Shown here: positions 18,888 to 29,373 of the stretch, one piece after another
Numbering within the stretch: the stretch's first letter is position 1
Layout: every line of letters begins with the position of its first letter
Source: Alphaproteobacteria bacterium
GTDB lineage: Bacteria > Pseudomonadota > Alphaproteobacteria > GCA-2731375
Reading direction: 5' to 3'
Assembly: GCA_965225945.1 (NCBI GenBank)
Contig: CBDDBZ010000020.1
Location: 1 to 64,000 of the forward strand
Length of the DNA stretch: 64,000 nucleotides
Notes under the pieces: model-generated
What the model was told of the DNA's origin: nothing
Seen by the model: the letters and a program-made list of their open reading frames with translations, nothing else
The model's database searches: none
Position numbers and translations under genes: made by a program

Positions 18888-20048
18888 TCAGAACACGCCG
18901 GCCTGTTTCATCCGCTCGATCTCGCCCGCGTCGTAGCCGAGGTCCGCCAGAATCTCCCGGGTGTGCTGGCCGTGTTCGGGGAGCGCGAAGTCGACCCGGC
19001 CGGGCTCGTTCAGGAACTTGATCGGGATGCCGATGTGCTCCCAGCCGCGCGCGTCCTCCAGCACCATCTCGCGGGCGCGGGTCTGCGGATCGTCCAGACC
19101 TTCGCGCAAGCCGCGGACCGGGGCGAAGCAGACGTCTAGCCCATCGAACCAGTCGATCCATTCGGCCTGGGTCTTGGTCCGGAACGTCTCGATGAAGAAA
19201 TCGCGCACCGGATACTGGCCCGGCCCGGGCGGCAGCTTGCAGAGCTCGATCAAGTCCGTCCGGCCGAGCCTGGTCAACAGGTTGGTGGCGAACTTGATCT
19301 CGGCGCCGCCGAGCACGATCCATTTCCCGTCGCTGGTCTCGTAGAGCCGGTACATCGCGTTGCCGCCCCAGGAACGCTCGTCCTTCGGGTTGGGCTGGCG
19401 CTTCTCCGCCATCGGCGGGCCCAGGTTGTTCGGCATGCAGGCGAGCAGGGAATCCATCATCGCCACGTCGAGAAAATCGCCCTCGCCGGTCCGCTGGCGA
19501 CGGTAGAGGGCCATCATCACGCCCGACAGCGTGAGCATCGAGGACAGCATGTCGGCGTTGGCGATCGCCGGCAGCCACGGCTTATCGTCCTGGCCGAGGT
19601 TGACGCTCAGGATGCCGGCATAGGCCTCGGTCGCGGCGTCGTGCGCCGGTCGCTCGACATAGGGACCGTACTGGCCGAAGGCCGAGATCGAGGCGTAGAC
19701 GACGGCGGGATTGACCGCGCGGACGCTCTCATAGTCGATGCCGAGACGTTTGGCGACGCCCGGGCGGAAGGCCTCGACGACGACATCGACCTCGGCCGCG
19801 AGCTTCAGGAAGGCGGCATGGCCTTGCTCGGTCTTGAGGTCGAGCGCGAGGCTCCGCTTGCCCCGGTGGGTGTTGGCGAAGAACACCGTGACGCCGTCGC
19901 GCGTCGCCCCGATCACGCGGTTCGGCTCGCCCACGCCCAACGGCTCCAGCTTGATGACGTCGGCGCCGTGATCGCCCAGCATCTGTGTCAGCAGCGGCCC
20001 GGGCAGGAACATCGACAGATCCAGTACTCTGATGCCCTCGAGTTTCAT
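18888..20048 (-). CDS. Family III CoA-transferase (CaiB/BaiF)
   Basis: LEGIRVLDLS, GADVIKLEP, RGKRSLALDLK, FRPGV. Confidence 0.93.
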   Translation of the reverse strand: MKLEGIRVLDLSMFLPGPLLTQMLGDHGADVIKLEPLGVGEPNRVIGATRDGVTVFFANTHRGKRSLALDLKTEQGHAAFLKLAAEVDVVVEAFRPGVAKRLGIDYESVRAVNPAVVYASISAFGQYGPYVERPAHDAATEAYAGILSVNLGQDDKPWLPAIANADMLSSMLTLSGVMMALYRRQRTGEGDFLDVAMMDSLLACMPNNLGPPMAEKRQPNPKDERSWGGNAMYRLYETSDGKWIVLGGAEIKFATNLLTRLGRTDLIELCKLPPGPGQYPVRDFFIETFRTKTQAEWIDWFDGLDVCFAPVRGLREGLDDPQTRAREMVLEDARGWEHIGIPIKFLNEPGRVDFALPEHGQHTREILADLGYDAGEIERMKQAGVF

Positions 20049-20112
20049 CCCCTGTCCTCGTATTTCGTTTCCGGCGTCGCGCTATTCCGCCGCGCGGCAA
20101 CAGCACTCGCGA

Positions 20113-21591
20113 TCAGGGCTCGTTTGCTCGGTCGAGCGGGTAGATCGGCCGGCGAACCTTGGTGTAGTCGAGCAGTCGGTTGTCGGAGGTCGTAACCCCT
20201 TCGCCGTCGAGGGTGAAGGTGTGGCGCGCGATCGGCCCGAAGCCGGCGCGGTAGTGGATCCGTGACTTCAGCAAGAGGTAGCGCTTGTGGCGCGGGTCGA
20301 TCCCGACCGAGGTGAAGATGCCGAGGTCCCACGGCTCGTGATGGCGGGAGATCACGACAATCTCGACCTTGCCGGTATCCAGCACCGCCGTCGGCCCGAG
20401 GAAGACCTCGAGCCCGTGGTACATCGGCCCCCGCACCGTCCATTCCCCGTCGCTCAAGGTCTTGACCTTGCCGGTGACGGCGAGCGGCCGGCCCCGAAGA
20501 CCGATCGAGGGCATGTCGGTGCGCCCGCCGAGTTGCAAGGTCACGGTCGCGCCGATGCCGGCCTCGGCCATGCTTCGAACCGCGGTGGGATCCCAAATCG
20601 CGCCGACCGCGACACCCTCCAGCCCCTGGCGGATCACCTCTCCCAGCACCCCCATCACGTCCTGGGTGCCGCCGGAGCCGACGTTGTCGGCGTGGTCCAA
20701 CAATAGGATCGGTCCGTCCTCCAGCGCTTTCGCCTCCGCCACCGCCTCGGCGAGGGGCCGGTGTCGGTAGAGGTGCTGGTCGCGCGCCTGCCAGATCATC
20801 TCCAGCAAGGAATTTCGCGCGGCCTCGGCCTTGGCCACGTCGCCATCGGCGATTGCGAGGGCGGAAGCGCCGGAATCGGCGATGTCGGCGAGCGCGAAGC
20901 CGCCGAAGACTGTAGCCCCCAGCACCTCGCCCGAGTCTTCCGCCGCCCGCGCGGCGGCGATCAGGGAGCGGAACGGCTCGTCGTCGGTGCCCTGGCGGAG
21001 CGTCTGGGAAAGCAACGGCGTCTGGCCCCAGGCCATCACCGGGTGCACCTCGCCACGTAGTGTGGCCAGCAGGATCTCGCCCACCCGACTCGCGACCTCG
21101 AACATGTCGACGTGCGGATAGGTCTTGTAGCCGATCAGCGCATCGCAATTACCGATCATCTTCTCGGTCAGATTGCAGTGTAGATCGCAGGTGACGCAGA
21201 TCGGTGTTCGGGGCGCGATTTCGCGGATCCGCTCCAGCAGGGTGCCCTCGCCGTCGTCGGTGTTCTCCGCCACCATGGCGCCGTGGAGGTCGAGCATGAT
21301 CGCGTCGCAGCCGCCGGCGACCGCCTCCAGGATCGCTTCGCTCATCAGCTCGTAGGCCTCCGCTGCGACGGGTCCCGACGGCATCGCCTCGGCGGCGATC
21401 GGGCTGACGATCTCGGCCCCGGCGGCGCGCGCCAGCTTGATGTAGGCGCCGAGCGTCATATTGGTCTTCTCAAAGACCTCCACCACCTCAGGCCCCCGGT
21501 AGGCGCCCCACTGCTCGAAGCGGGCCCAGGGCGTCGGCACCGGCGAGAAGGTGTTGGTCTCGTGCTTCATCATCGCCATGACCACGCGCAT
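20113..21591 (-). CDS. M81 family metallopeptidase (MlrC-like)
   Basis: HETNTFSP, LDLHGAMV, DLHCN, YPHVD, DHADNVGSGG. Confidence 0.92.
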   Translation of the reverse strand: MRVVMAMMKHETNTFSPVPTPWARFEQWGAYRGPEVVEVFEKTNMTLGAYIKLARAAGAEIVSPIAAEAMPSGPVAAEAYELMSEAILEAVAGGCDAIMLDLHGAMVAENTDDGEGTLLERIREIAPRTPICVTCDLHCNLTEKMIGNCDALIGYKTYPHVDMFEVASRVGEILLATLRGEVHPVMAWGQTPLLSQTLRQGTDDEPFRSLIAAARAAEDSGEVLGATVFGGFALADIADSGASALAIADGDVAKAEAARNSLLEMIWQARDQHLYRHRPLAEAVAEAKALEDGPILLLDHADNVGSGGTQDVMGVLGEVIRQGLEGVAVGAIWDPTAVRSMAEAGIGATVTLQLGGRTDMPSIGLRGRPLAVTGKVKTLSDGEWTVRGPMYHGLEVFLGPTAVLDTGKVEIVVISRHHEPWDLGIFTSVGIDPRHKRYLLLKSRIHYRAGFGPIARHTFTLDGEGVTTSDNRLLDYTKVRRPIYPLDRANEP

Positions 21592-21639
21592 GGCGGCTCT
21601 CCTCTACTGGGAACCGGGGGGAGAGCTTAGCAGAGGCCG

Positions 21640-21674
21640 AAAACGAAATGCGCCCGGTGGCGGACCACCGGGCG
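21640..21674 (-). terminator. Rho-independent terminator after the Bax inhibitor gene
   Basis: CGCCCGGTGG-4nt-CCACCGGGCG stem followed on the minus strand by CATTTCGTTTT. Confidence 0.65.
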
Positions 21675-21699
21675 TTCGCGATCGGATATTCCCCTGTTC

Positions 21700-22419
21700 C
21701 TAGTTGCGGTTGCCGAAGATGTGCAGCAGGAACATGAACATATTGAGGAAGTCGAGATAGAGCCGGAGCGCGCCCATGATGGCCTTCTTGGTCATCACCG
21801 CCTCGCCGTCGCCGGCGTGGTAGTTCTCCTTGATCTTCTGGGTGTCCCAGGCCGTGAGGCCGGCGAAGACCAGCACGCCGATCACCGAGATGATCCAGGC
21901 CATGGCGGAGGAGGCGACGAAGATGTTGACGATCATCGCGACGATGAGGCCGAACAGCCCCATGATGCAGAATGCGCCGATCGGGCCCAGATCCTTCTTC
22001 GTCGTGTAGCCGACGAGGCTGAGACCGCCGAAGCCCGCCGCCGTGTAGATGAAGACCCGGAAGACGCTCTCTCCGGTGTAAGCGAGGAAGATCCAGGAGA
22101 TCGAGGCGCCCATCAGCGCCGAAAAAATCCAGAAGGTGAGCTGGGCGGCGCCCGCGCTCATCTTGTGGACCCGCGCGCTCAGGAAAAAGACGATGCCCAG
22201 CGGCGCGAAGATCACCACCCAGTGGAGCATCGTGCCGTAGATCAGATTGATCAGCGTTTCCGAGGTGGAAACGTAGAAGGCGACAGCCGCGGTCAGCAGC
22301 AGGCCGACCCCCATGTAGTTGTAAACCTTGAGCATGTAGGCGCGGAGCCCGGCGTCGACCGCTAGTGTTCCCGCGCGGGTCCCGAGGCCCATGTTCGCCT
22401 GTCTCGGATCAAGTGCCAT
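21700..22419 (-). CDS. Bax inhibitor-1/YccA family membrane protein
   Basis: DAGLRAYMLKVYNYM, GYTTKKDL, AWDTQKIK, GALRLYLDFLN. Confidence 0.95.
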   Translation of the reverse strand: MALDPRQANMGLGTRAGTLAVDAGLRAYMLKVYNYMGVGLLLTAAVAFYVSTSETLINLIYGTMLHWVVIFAPLGIVFFLSARVHKMSAGAAQLTFWIFSALMGASISWIFLAYTGESVFRVFIYTAAGFGGLSLVGYTTKKDLGPIGAFCIMGLFGLIVAMIVNIFVASSAMAWIISVIGVLVFAGLTAWDTQKIKENYHAGDGEAVMTKKAIMGALRLYLDFLNMFMFLLHIFGNRN

Positions 22420-22600
22420 GTCGAAGATTCCCTCGGTTGCTCGCAAGCGTCCAGATTGTTCCTAATATTGAACCAAAGCGTTCGGATTTCAAGGATTCGG
22501 CCTGCCGGATTCAGCTCGCCCGCGCGGCCTCGATCGCGGAACCAGGCACGACCCGATAGGGATCTCGCCAATGTCGTGCCGGCCTTTCCGATAGGTGGGC

Positions 22601-22999
22601 CTATTTCAGCGTCGCCACGCCCAGCGGAACATTGAATTTCCGGCACCAGATGTAGACTTCGTTGTATTTGGAAACGTCGACGTTTCCCGGAACGGCGTAG
22701 CTCTGCGAGCCTTTGCCGCTCCCGAGTTCGCCGGCGTCGGAACCCTTGTCGTATCGACCGTTCGTGCCGAGACCCACGCGAGGATCGGGGGCGCCGTCGA
22801 ACCTGAAGTTCTCGCCGAGAACGATGAGGGAAGCGCCGCTCGCCGACTTGACGATCGATACATCGCCGGTCGTGGCATGATTGCTCGCACCCCTGAATTT
22901 GCCGCTGCCGACAACCGAATCCGCGCTCGCGATGCCCGCGCTCGTCATCACCAGCGCGATCAAGATTGCCCCCGACGCGTAACCCAAGACCTGTTTCAT
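22601..22999 (-). CDS. Secreted DM13 domain protein
   Basis: Signal peptide; HATTG, GAPDPRV, GSQSY, VYIWCRKFNV. Confidence 0.88.
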   Translation of the reverse strand: MKQVLGYASGAILIALVMTSAGIASADSVVGSGKFRGASNHATTGDVSIVKSASGASLIVLGENFRFDGAPDPRVGLGTNGRYDKGSDAGELGSGKGSQSYAVPGNVDVSKYNEVYIWCRKFNVPLGVATLK

Positions 23000-23320
23000 T
23001 TTAAGTCCCCATTCCGAATTGTTCTCGATGTACGCTCACCGCGCACCCGTCATTTCAGCCCACTAGCGCTGCGTGCTTGCCTCACGGACTGGAGTTGAAC
23101 GTGGCGAACCGATCCGGGCAGAACACGAGCCCGTGAGTAATTGCGCTTCGTTTTGAAAAAACGTGATCGCTGTTCGCAAATATATTCGATCGAACGCGTA
23201 GGGACGAGAGGCATCTTGTCGTGAATACCCGGGCGTCTCGCGCCAGGCTCGAGATCGCGGTCACCCGCCGGCGGCATCGTTTAGTCGCTGAGGGTCCTCG
23301 TTGGCCGACGTGCCGGAGCC

Positions 23321-25852
23321 TCATTCGTTCCTCAGCAGCGGCGCGGGTTTCACCGACAGCGCGCGCCAAGTGCCCCAGAGGCCGAGGGCGAGGGGCACGG
23401 TCACGGCGATGGCGAGGGTCGAAAATAACGTTCCCGGCAGCCAGATCCAGCCCGCCCGCATGATCTCGGTGACGATCAGCCAGGCGGCGGCGGCGCCGAC
23501 CACGGCGGCGATCAGGGCGGCGATGACGCCCAAAATAAGATACTCCATCAGATAGGCGGCGACGATCTCCCGCCGCCTCGCCCCCAGCACCTTCAGTACG
23601 ACCGCGTCGTAGACCCGCCGGCGGTGCCCGGCGGCGAGCGCGCCCGCCAGCACCAGAACCCCCGCCAGCAGCGTCACCGTCGCCGTGGCGCCGACCGCGA
23701 CGGCGATGTTGTCAAGGATCTTGCGCACCGCCTCCAGCGCTTCGCGGACCCGTATCGCCGAAATGTTGGGGAAGGCGTCGATCACCGCCCCCTCCAGCGC
23801 GGCCTCGGCGCTTCGCGGGGCCTCGGCGGTGGCGATGAAGCTGTGCGGCGCCCGCTCCAGCAGTCCCGGCGCGAAGACCAGAACGAAGTTCATCGAGAAG
23901 GTAGCCCAGTTGACGCGGCGAAGGTTGGCGACCTTGGCCGTCACCTCACGGCCCAGGATGTTGACGGTCAGCGTGTCGCCGACGGCGAGGCCGAGGCCCG
24001 CCGCCTCCTCGGCGCTGACGGAGACGAGGGGTGGCCCCGCGTAACCCGCTGGCCACCACGCGCCGTCGATGATTTCCGCCTCCGGCGGCGGTTCGGCGGC
24101 ATAGGTCAACCCCCGGTCGTGGTGGATCACCCATTCGGCGCTGGGCGCGACCGCCACCTCCCCGACCGGGCGGCCGGCGAGCTTGGTGATCCGGCCCCGG
24201 ATCGCGGGCACGCTCTCCACCCGGCCGACGCCCTCGACGCCGCGCGCCGTTGCCAGGAAGGGTGCGATCTGGTCGGGCTGGATATCAATGAAGAAGAAGG
24301 CCGGCGCCTCCTCCGGCAGCCGCTCGCTCACCTGGCGCGTGAGGTTCCCCTCCAGCAGGCCGACGGTGACCATTACGGTGAGCCCCAGGCCGAGCGAGAG
24401 CACCACGTTCACCGTCGGTGCGCCCGGCCGATGTAGGTTGGCGAGCGCGAGGCGCAATCCGGGTCGGCGGATTCGGGGCAGGCGGCGACCGAGCCAGACG
24501 ACGCCCTTGGCGGCGAGGAAGAAGACGGCGAGCGCCGCCGCCGCACCGAGCACGAACCAGAGGGCGAAACGCCACTCGTTCTGGGTGCCGACGGCGAGCG
24601 CGGCGAGCGTGGCGAAGGCGAGCCCGACCAGAGCCAAGTCGCGGAGCCTCGGTCGCCCGCTTCTGGGCGCGTCGGCGTTGCGGATCAGGACTGCCGCCGA
24701 GACCTCGCGCGTAGCCAGCAGTGGCCTGAGGGCGAAGACCAGCGCCGTCGCCAGGCCGTAGACGGCGGCGATCAGCAACGGGCGCGGATAGACCCCGAGC
24801 TTGGCCTCGAACGGCAGATAGGCGGCGATCGCGCTCGCGACGGCCATGGGCGCGAGGGCGCCGACGGCGAGCCCGATGGCGATGCCGAGGAGCGCGAGAA
24901 TCGCCACCTGCCAGAGATAGATTCGGAAAACGACGGCGTCGGGCGCTCCCAGGCATTTCAGAATCGCGATGGTCCGCGCCCTACCCCCGAGGTGGCTCGC
25001 CACCGCGCCGGCGATGCCGAGGCCGCCGATCAGCAGGGCCGAAAGCCCGACCAGGGTCAGGAACGACCGCATTCGCTCGACGAAGCGGCGGATCCCGGGC
25101 GCGCCGTTGCGGATGTCGCGGACCCGCCAGCCCGCCTTGGGGAAGGCCGCCTCGATCTCGGCTGTCCAGCCGGCGATATCGGTACCCGCCGACAGGTCGA
25201 GGCGATACTTGTAGCGGATCAGGCTGCCTTCCCGGATCAGGCCGGTGCCGGCGAGGCTGTCGCCCGCGACCATCAGCCTCGGTCCGAGGACGAAGGCGTC
25301 GGCGCCGCGATCCGGCTCGTGGGCGACCAGTGCCGCGAGCCGATAGGTCTGCCGGCCGATCCGGACCTCGTCGCCGAGCGCGAGGCCGAGCCGGTTGGCG
25401 AGGCCGCTTTCCGCCACCGCGCCCCAGAGGCCGTCACGCTTCGCGAGCGCCGCCGCCAACGCGCCCTCCGGCGCGAGCCGCATCCGGCCGTGTAGCGGAT
25501 AGGCGTCGTCGACGCCCTTGAGCTCGACCAGGGTGCGCTTATCGGCGTTCCGAGCCATGGCGCGCATTTCGACCACCAGGCTCAACCTGCCCGCCGCTCG
25601 CAGCCGGGCGTATTCCTCGTCGCTGGCCGTCCGGTGGGTCAGGCGCAGCTCGACATCGCCGCCCAGGAGCCGGTGCGCATCGGCGTCGAGGCCGCTCACC
25701 AACGCGCGGGAGAGCGAGCCCACGGCGGCGACCGAGGCGACGCCCACGGCGAGACAGGCGAGGAAGACACGGAAGCCGGAAAGGCCGCCGCGCAACTCCC
25801 GGAGCGCCAGGCGAAGCGCCAGCGGCAGCCGTCGATGCCAAACCGGTGCCAT
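23321..25852 (-). CDS. ybbP: ABC transporter permease (YbbP/FtsX-like)
   Basis: LALRELRGG, LLGGD, VELKGVDDAYPL, APAFFFIDIQ; paired with ATPase and arylesterase. Confidence 0.9.
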   Translation of the reverse strand: MAPVWHRRLPLALRLALRELRGGLSGFRVFLACLAVGVASVAAVGSLSRALVSGLDADAHRLLGGDVELRLTHRTASDEEYARLRAAGRLSLVVEMRAMARNADKRTLVELKGVDDAYPLHGRMRLAPEGALAAALAKRDGLWGAVAESGLANRLGLALGDEVRIGRQTYRLAALVAHEPDRGADAFVLGPRLMVAGDSLAGTGLIREGSLIRYKYRLDLSAGTDIAGWTAEIEAAFPKAGWRVRDIRNGAPGIRRFVERMRSFLTLVGLSALLIGGLGIAGAVASHLGGRARTIAILKCLGAPDAVVFRIYLWQVAILALLGIAIGLAVGALAPMAVASAIAAYLPFEAKLGVYPRPLLIAAVYGLATALVFALRPLLATREVSAAVLIRNADAPRSGRPRLRDLALVGLAFATLAALAVGTQNEWRFALWFVLGAAAALAVFFLAAKGVVWLGRRLPRIRRPGLRLALANLHRPGAPTVNVVLSLGLGLTVMVTVGLLEGNLTRQVSERLPEEAPAFFFIDIQPDQIAPFLATARGVEGVGRVESVPAIRGRITKLAGRPVGEVAVAPSAEWVIHHDRGLTYAAEPPPEAEIIDGAWWPAGYAGPPLVSVSAEEAAGLGLAVGDTLTVNILGREVTAKVANLRRVNWATFSMNFVLVFAPGLLERAPHSFIATAEAPRSAEAALEGAVIDAFPNISAIRVREALEAVRKILDNIAVAVGATATVTLLAGVLVLAGALAAGHRRRVYDAVVLKVLGARRREIVAAYLMEYLILGVIAALIAAVVGAAAAWLIVTEIMRAGWIWLPGTLFSTLAIAVTVPLALGLWGTWRALSVKPAPLLRNE

Positions 25853-25855
25853 CGC

Positions 25856-26557
25856 TCAGTCGGCGGCGCTTCGGGCGGCGGCGCTTCGGGCCGGCTCGTC
25901 GCGCGCGAGCCGACCGTCCCGCATCTCGACGATGCGATCGCAGCGATCCGCCAGATTGGGATTGTGGGTGATCAGCACCAGCGTGCTGCCGTGCGTAGCC
26001 CGCAGTCGGAACATCAGCTCCACGACGTCACCGCCGGTCTTGGCGTCGAGGTTGCCGGTCGGCTCGTCCGCCAGCAGCAGCCGTGGTCGTCGGACAAGCG
26101 CCCGGGCGAGACCGACCCGCTGTTGTTCGCCGCCCGAAAGCTGCGAGGGATAGTGCTGCAGACGGTGCCCGAGGCCGACTTCGGCGAGGCCCGCCTCGGC
26201 CTGCTCGAAGGCGTCGTGAACGCCCGCCAGTTCCAGCGGGATGGCGACGTTCTCCAGCGCGCTCATGGTTCCCACCAGATGGAAGGCTTGGAACAGGATG
26301 CCGACGTTCTCGCGGCGGAAGAGGGCGAGGCCATCCTCGCTCATGCGCTCGAGATCCTGGCCGGCCACCCGGACCGCGCCGGCGCTCGGGCGCTCAAGCC
26401 CCGCGATCACCGCCATCAGGGTCGACTTGCCCGAGCCCGAGGGTCCGACCAGGCCCAGACTTTCTCCGGGGGTGACTTCGAGGTCGACGCCACGCAGGAT
26501 GTCGACCGGCCCCGCTTCGCTCGGAAGCGTCAGACGAACGTCGTCGAGGTGGATCAT
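25856..26557 (-). CDS. ybbA: ABC transporter ATP-binding protein (YbbA-like)
   Basis: GPSGSGKST, LSGGEQQR, ADEPTGNLD. Confidence 0.93.
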   Translation of the reverse strand: MIHLDDVRLTLPSEAGPVDILRGVDLEVTPGESLGLVGPSGSGKSTLMAVIAGLERPSAGAVRVAGQDLERMSEDGLALFRRENVGILFQAFHLVGTMSALENVAIPLELAGVHDAFEQAEAGLAEVGLGHRLQHYPSQLSGGEQQRVGLARALVRRPRLLLADEPTGNLDAKTGGDVVELMFRLRATHGSTLVLITHNPNLADRCDRIVEMRDGRLARDEPARSAAARSAAD

Positions 26558-27263
26558 GTCTCAGCGCCCCCGCTCATCGAGCCCGGTATCGGCCTGGCCG
26601 GCATATCTCATTCGGCCTGGGGTTTTCAATGCCCCAGGGATCTTGGCGGTGATTCTGGCTGTGGCCCTGGTCCTAATCTCGGCGCCCGCGGCGGCGGATC
26701 GCGTGGTGGTGGCGATCGGCGACAGCCTGACGGCGGGCTTCGGCCTGGCGCCGGCCGACACGCTGCCGGCGGTGCTGGAGCGCCGGCTCAGGGCCGGTGG
26801 CCTCGAGGTCGGGGTGGTGAACGCGGGCGTCTCGGGCGACACGACGGCGGGCGGGCGGGCTCGGCTCGACTGGGCGCTGCCCAGCCGAGTGGACCTGGTG
26901 ATCCTGGCGCTCGGCGCCAACGACATGCTGCGCGGGATCGCTCCGGCGACCGCCCGGGGCAATCTCGAAGCCATGCTGGCCCGCCTCGCCGAGCGGGGCA
27001 TTCCCGTGCTGTTGGCCGGCATGCGGGCGCCGCTCAATCTCGGCACCGACTACGCGCGGGCGTTCGACGCCATCTACCCCGAGCTCGCGGCCCGATACGG
27101 CGTCCCGCTCTATCCCTTCCTGTTGGAAGGCGTGGCGTTTCGGGCGGAGCTCAATCTCGACGACGGACTGCACCCCAACGCCGCCGGCGTCGCCCGCATC
27201 GTCGACGGCCTCGCGCCGATGGTGCGCGCCGCGCTTCGCGCCGCGCTTCGCGCCGCGCCGTGA
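26556..27263 (+). CDS. tesA: Arylesterase / acyl-CoA thioesterase I (SGNH)
   Basis: GDSLTAG, NAGVSGDTT, LGAND, DGLHPN; divergent from ybbA; start uncertain. Confidence 0.9.
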   Translation: MSQRPRSSSPVSAWPAYLIRPGVFNAPGILAVILAVALVLISAPAAADRVVVAIGDSLTAGFGLAPADTLPAVLERRLRAGGLEVGVVNAGVSGDTTAGGRARLDWALPSRVDLVILALGANDMLRGIAPATARGNLEAMLARLAERGIPVLLAGMRAPLNLGTDYARAFDAIYPELAARYGVPLYPFLLEGVAFRAELNLDDGLHPNAAGVARIVDGLAPMVRAALRAALRAAP

Positions 27264-27279
27264 TCGGTTGTTCTGCCGG

Positions 27280-27861
27280 CTAACGCTCGAGCGCCGTCGT
27301 CGTGTCGACGACGTGGCGAATCAGCGCCTTGGCCTCCGGGCTCGCCCATTCGGCGGGGCCCAACAGGCGGGCGAGCTCGTGGCCCCGGCGGTCCAGCAGC
27401 ACCGTCGTCGGCAGCCCGTAGACCCGGAAGGCGCGCTGGGTGCGCATGGTGCGGTCGTTGTAGATGGCGAGGCCAGTGACGCCGTTCCGGTCGTAGAACG
27501 GTTGGATCACCGAAGGGCCCTGGCGGTCGCCCGAGACCGCGACGACGACGAAGCCGTCGGGGCCGAATTCCCGCTGCAGTTCGGCCAGGTCCGGCATCTC
27601 GCGGCGGCAGGGCGCGCACCAGGTGGCCCAGAAGTTCAACAACACCACCTTGCCTTCGAAGCCGGCGAGGCTGACGCGGCCGCCCTCGGCGTCGACGAAG
27701 TGGACCTCGGGCGCTGGCCTGGGCGCCTCGGACACGGTAATGTTGGCCATCGCGCCGGTGGCGAGGTTCTGGAGCGATGCGGCGACGGCGAGGCCGGGGG
27801 CGAGCATGAGGCCCGCCAGCAGCGAAAGCAGGATGCGCGCGCGTCGAAAAATCACCATCAT
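27280..27861 (-). CDS. tlpA: TlpA-family thiol-disulfide oxidoreductase
   Basis: LNFWATWCAPCRREMP, GLPTT, GPAEW; divergent from argH. Confidence 0.9.
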   Translation of the reverse strand: MMVIFRRARILLSLLAGLMLAPGLAVAASLQNLATGAMANITVSEAPRPAPEVHFVDAEGGRVSLAGFEGKVVLLNFWATWCAPCRREMPDLAELQREFGPDGFVVVAVSGDRQGPSVIQPFYDRNGVTGLAIYNDRTMRTQRAFRVYGLPTTVLLDRRGHELARLLGPAEWASPEAKALIRHVVDTTTALER

Positions 27862-27912
27862 TCCTTCCCAATCTAGCTCGAACGCAATCTCGAACTCAGT
27901 GGAGTGCCTTCG

Positions 27913-29373
27913 ATGGCCGAGGACACCCGGACCGATGATACTGGCGAGACCATGGCGGCGAACGACTCCGATCGCCCCGGGGACGACCGCCTCTGGGGCG
28001 GCCGCCTCGCCGCCGGCTGGGCCGACGTCATGGAGCGGATCAACGCCTCCATCGACTTCGACAAGCGCCTCTACAAACAAGACCTCGCGGGCAGCCGGGC
28101 GCATTGTAACATGTTGGTCGCGCAAGGGATCATCGATGTGGCGGATGGTCACGCGATATTGAAGGGCCTCGATTGCGTCGAGGCGGAAATCGAGGCCGGC
28201 GTGTTCGAGTTCTCCGCCGCCCGCGAGGACATCCACATGCACGTGGAGGCGCGTCTGGCGGAGCTGATCGGCCCGGCCGCGGGCCGCCTGCACACCGCCC
28301 GTTCGCGCAACGACCAGGTGGCGACGGATTTCCGCCTCTGGGTCCGCCGTGCGCTCGACGAGCTCGACCGCGACCTGGGGGCGCTGCTCGCCGCACTCGT
28401 CGCCCGCGCCGAGGCGGGGGCCGGGATCCTCATGCCAGGCTTCACCCACCTGCAGTCGGCGCAGCCGGTGACGCTCGGCCATCATCTCCTGGCCTATGTC
28501 GAGATGTTCTCCCGCGACCGGGCGCGGGGACGCGACTGCCGGGCGCGGTTGAACGAATGCCCGCTGGGCGCGGCGGCGCTGGCCGGCACCTCGTTCCCGA
28601 TCGATCGGGTGGCGACGGCCCGTGAGCTCGGCTTCGACCGGCCGACGGCGAATTCGCTCGATTCCGTTTCCGCCCGCGACTTCGCGATGGAATACCTGGC
28701 GCTGGCGGCGATCCTCTCGGTCCATCTCTCGCGCCTGGCGGAGGAGCTGGTGATCTGGTCCTCGGCGCCGTTTGCGTTCATCCAGCTCTCCGATGCGTTC
28801 ACCACCGGCTCCTCGATCATGCCGCAGAAGCGCAATCCGGACGCGGCCGAGCTGGTGCGCGGCAAGACCGGCCGCGTGATCGGCGACCTGAACGCCCTCC
28901 TGGTGATGATGAAGGGCCTGGCGCTTGCCTATTCCAAGGACATGCAGGAGGACAAGGAGCCGGTGTTCGAAACCCGCGACACCCTGGCCCTGACGGTGCC
29001 GGCGATGGCCGGCATGATCCTCGACATGTCCGTAGACGAGAGCGCGATGGCCGCGGCCGCCGGCGCCGGACACGCCACCGCGACCGATCTCGCCGATTGG
29101 ATGGTCCGCGCCCTCGGCCTGCCATTCCGCCAAGCCCATCACGCCACCGGACGGATCGTCCGCCTGGCGGACGAGCGCGGCGTCGATCTCGCCCAGTTGC
29201 CGTTGGAGGCGCTGCGGGAGATCGAGCCGAAGCTGACGGCGGAGGTGAGGGAGGTGCTGCGCGTGGCCGATTCCGTGGCCAGCCGCACCAGCTTTGGCGG
29301 CACCGCGCCGGCCAACGTCCGGGCCGAGGCCGCCCGCTGGAAGGCCAAGCTTGGCGAGGAGGGCGAGGGATGA
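27913..29373 (+). CDS. argH: Argininosuccinate lyase
   Basis: [27 protein letters not shown]. Confidence 0.97.
   Translation: MAEDTRTDDTGETMAANDSDRPGDDRLWGGRLAAGWADVMERINASIDFDKRLYKQDLAGSRAHCNMLVAQGIIDVADGHAILKGLDCVEAEIEAGVFEFSAAREDIHMHVEARLAELIGPAAGRLHTARSRNDQVATDFRLWVRRALDELDRDLGALLAALVARAEAGAGILMPGFTHLQSAQPVTLGHHLLAYVEMFSRDRARGRDCRARLNECPLGAAALAGTSFPIDRVATARELGFDRPTANSLDSVSARDFAMEYLALAAILSVHLSRLAEELVIWSSAPFAFIQLSDAFTTGSSIMPQKRNPDAAELVRGKTGRVIGDLNALLVMMKGLALAYSKDMQEDKEPVFETRDTLALTVPAMAGMILDMSVDESAMAAAAGAGHATATDLADWMVRALGLPFRQAHHATGRIVRLADERGVDLAQLPLEALREIEPKLTAEVREVLRVADSVASRTSFGGTAPANVRAEAARWKAKLGEEGEG

Noticed and set aside
20113-21591. Microcystin degradation cluster
   Set aside because: M81 peptidases are widespread and mlrA/B/D are absent from the window
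25858-27260. Short tandem repeats at the ybbA end (ARSAA x2) and tesA end (AALR x2)
   Set aside because: In-frame 12-15 bp slippage duplications in unconserved tails
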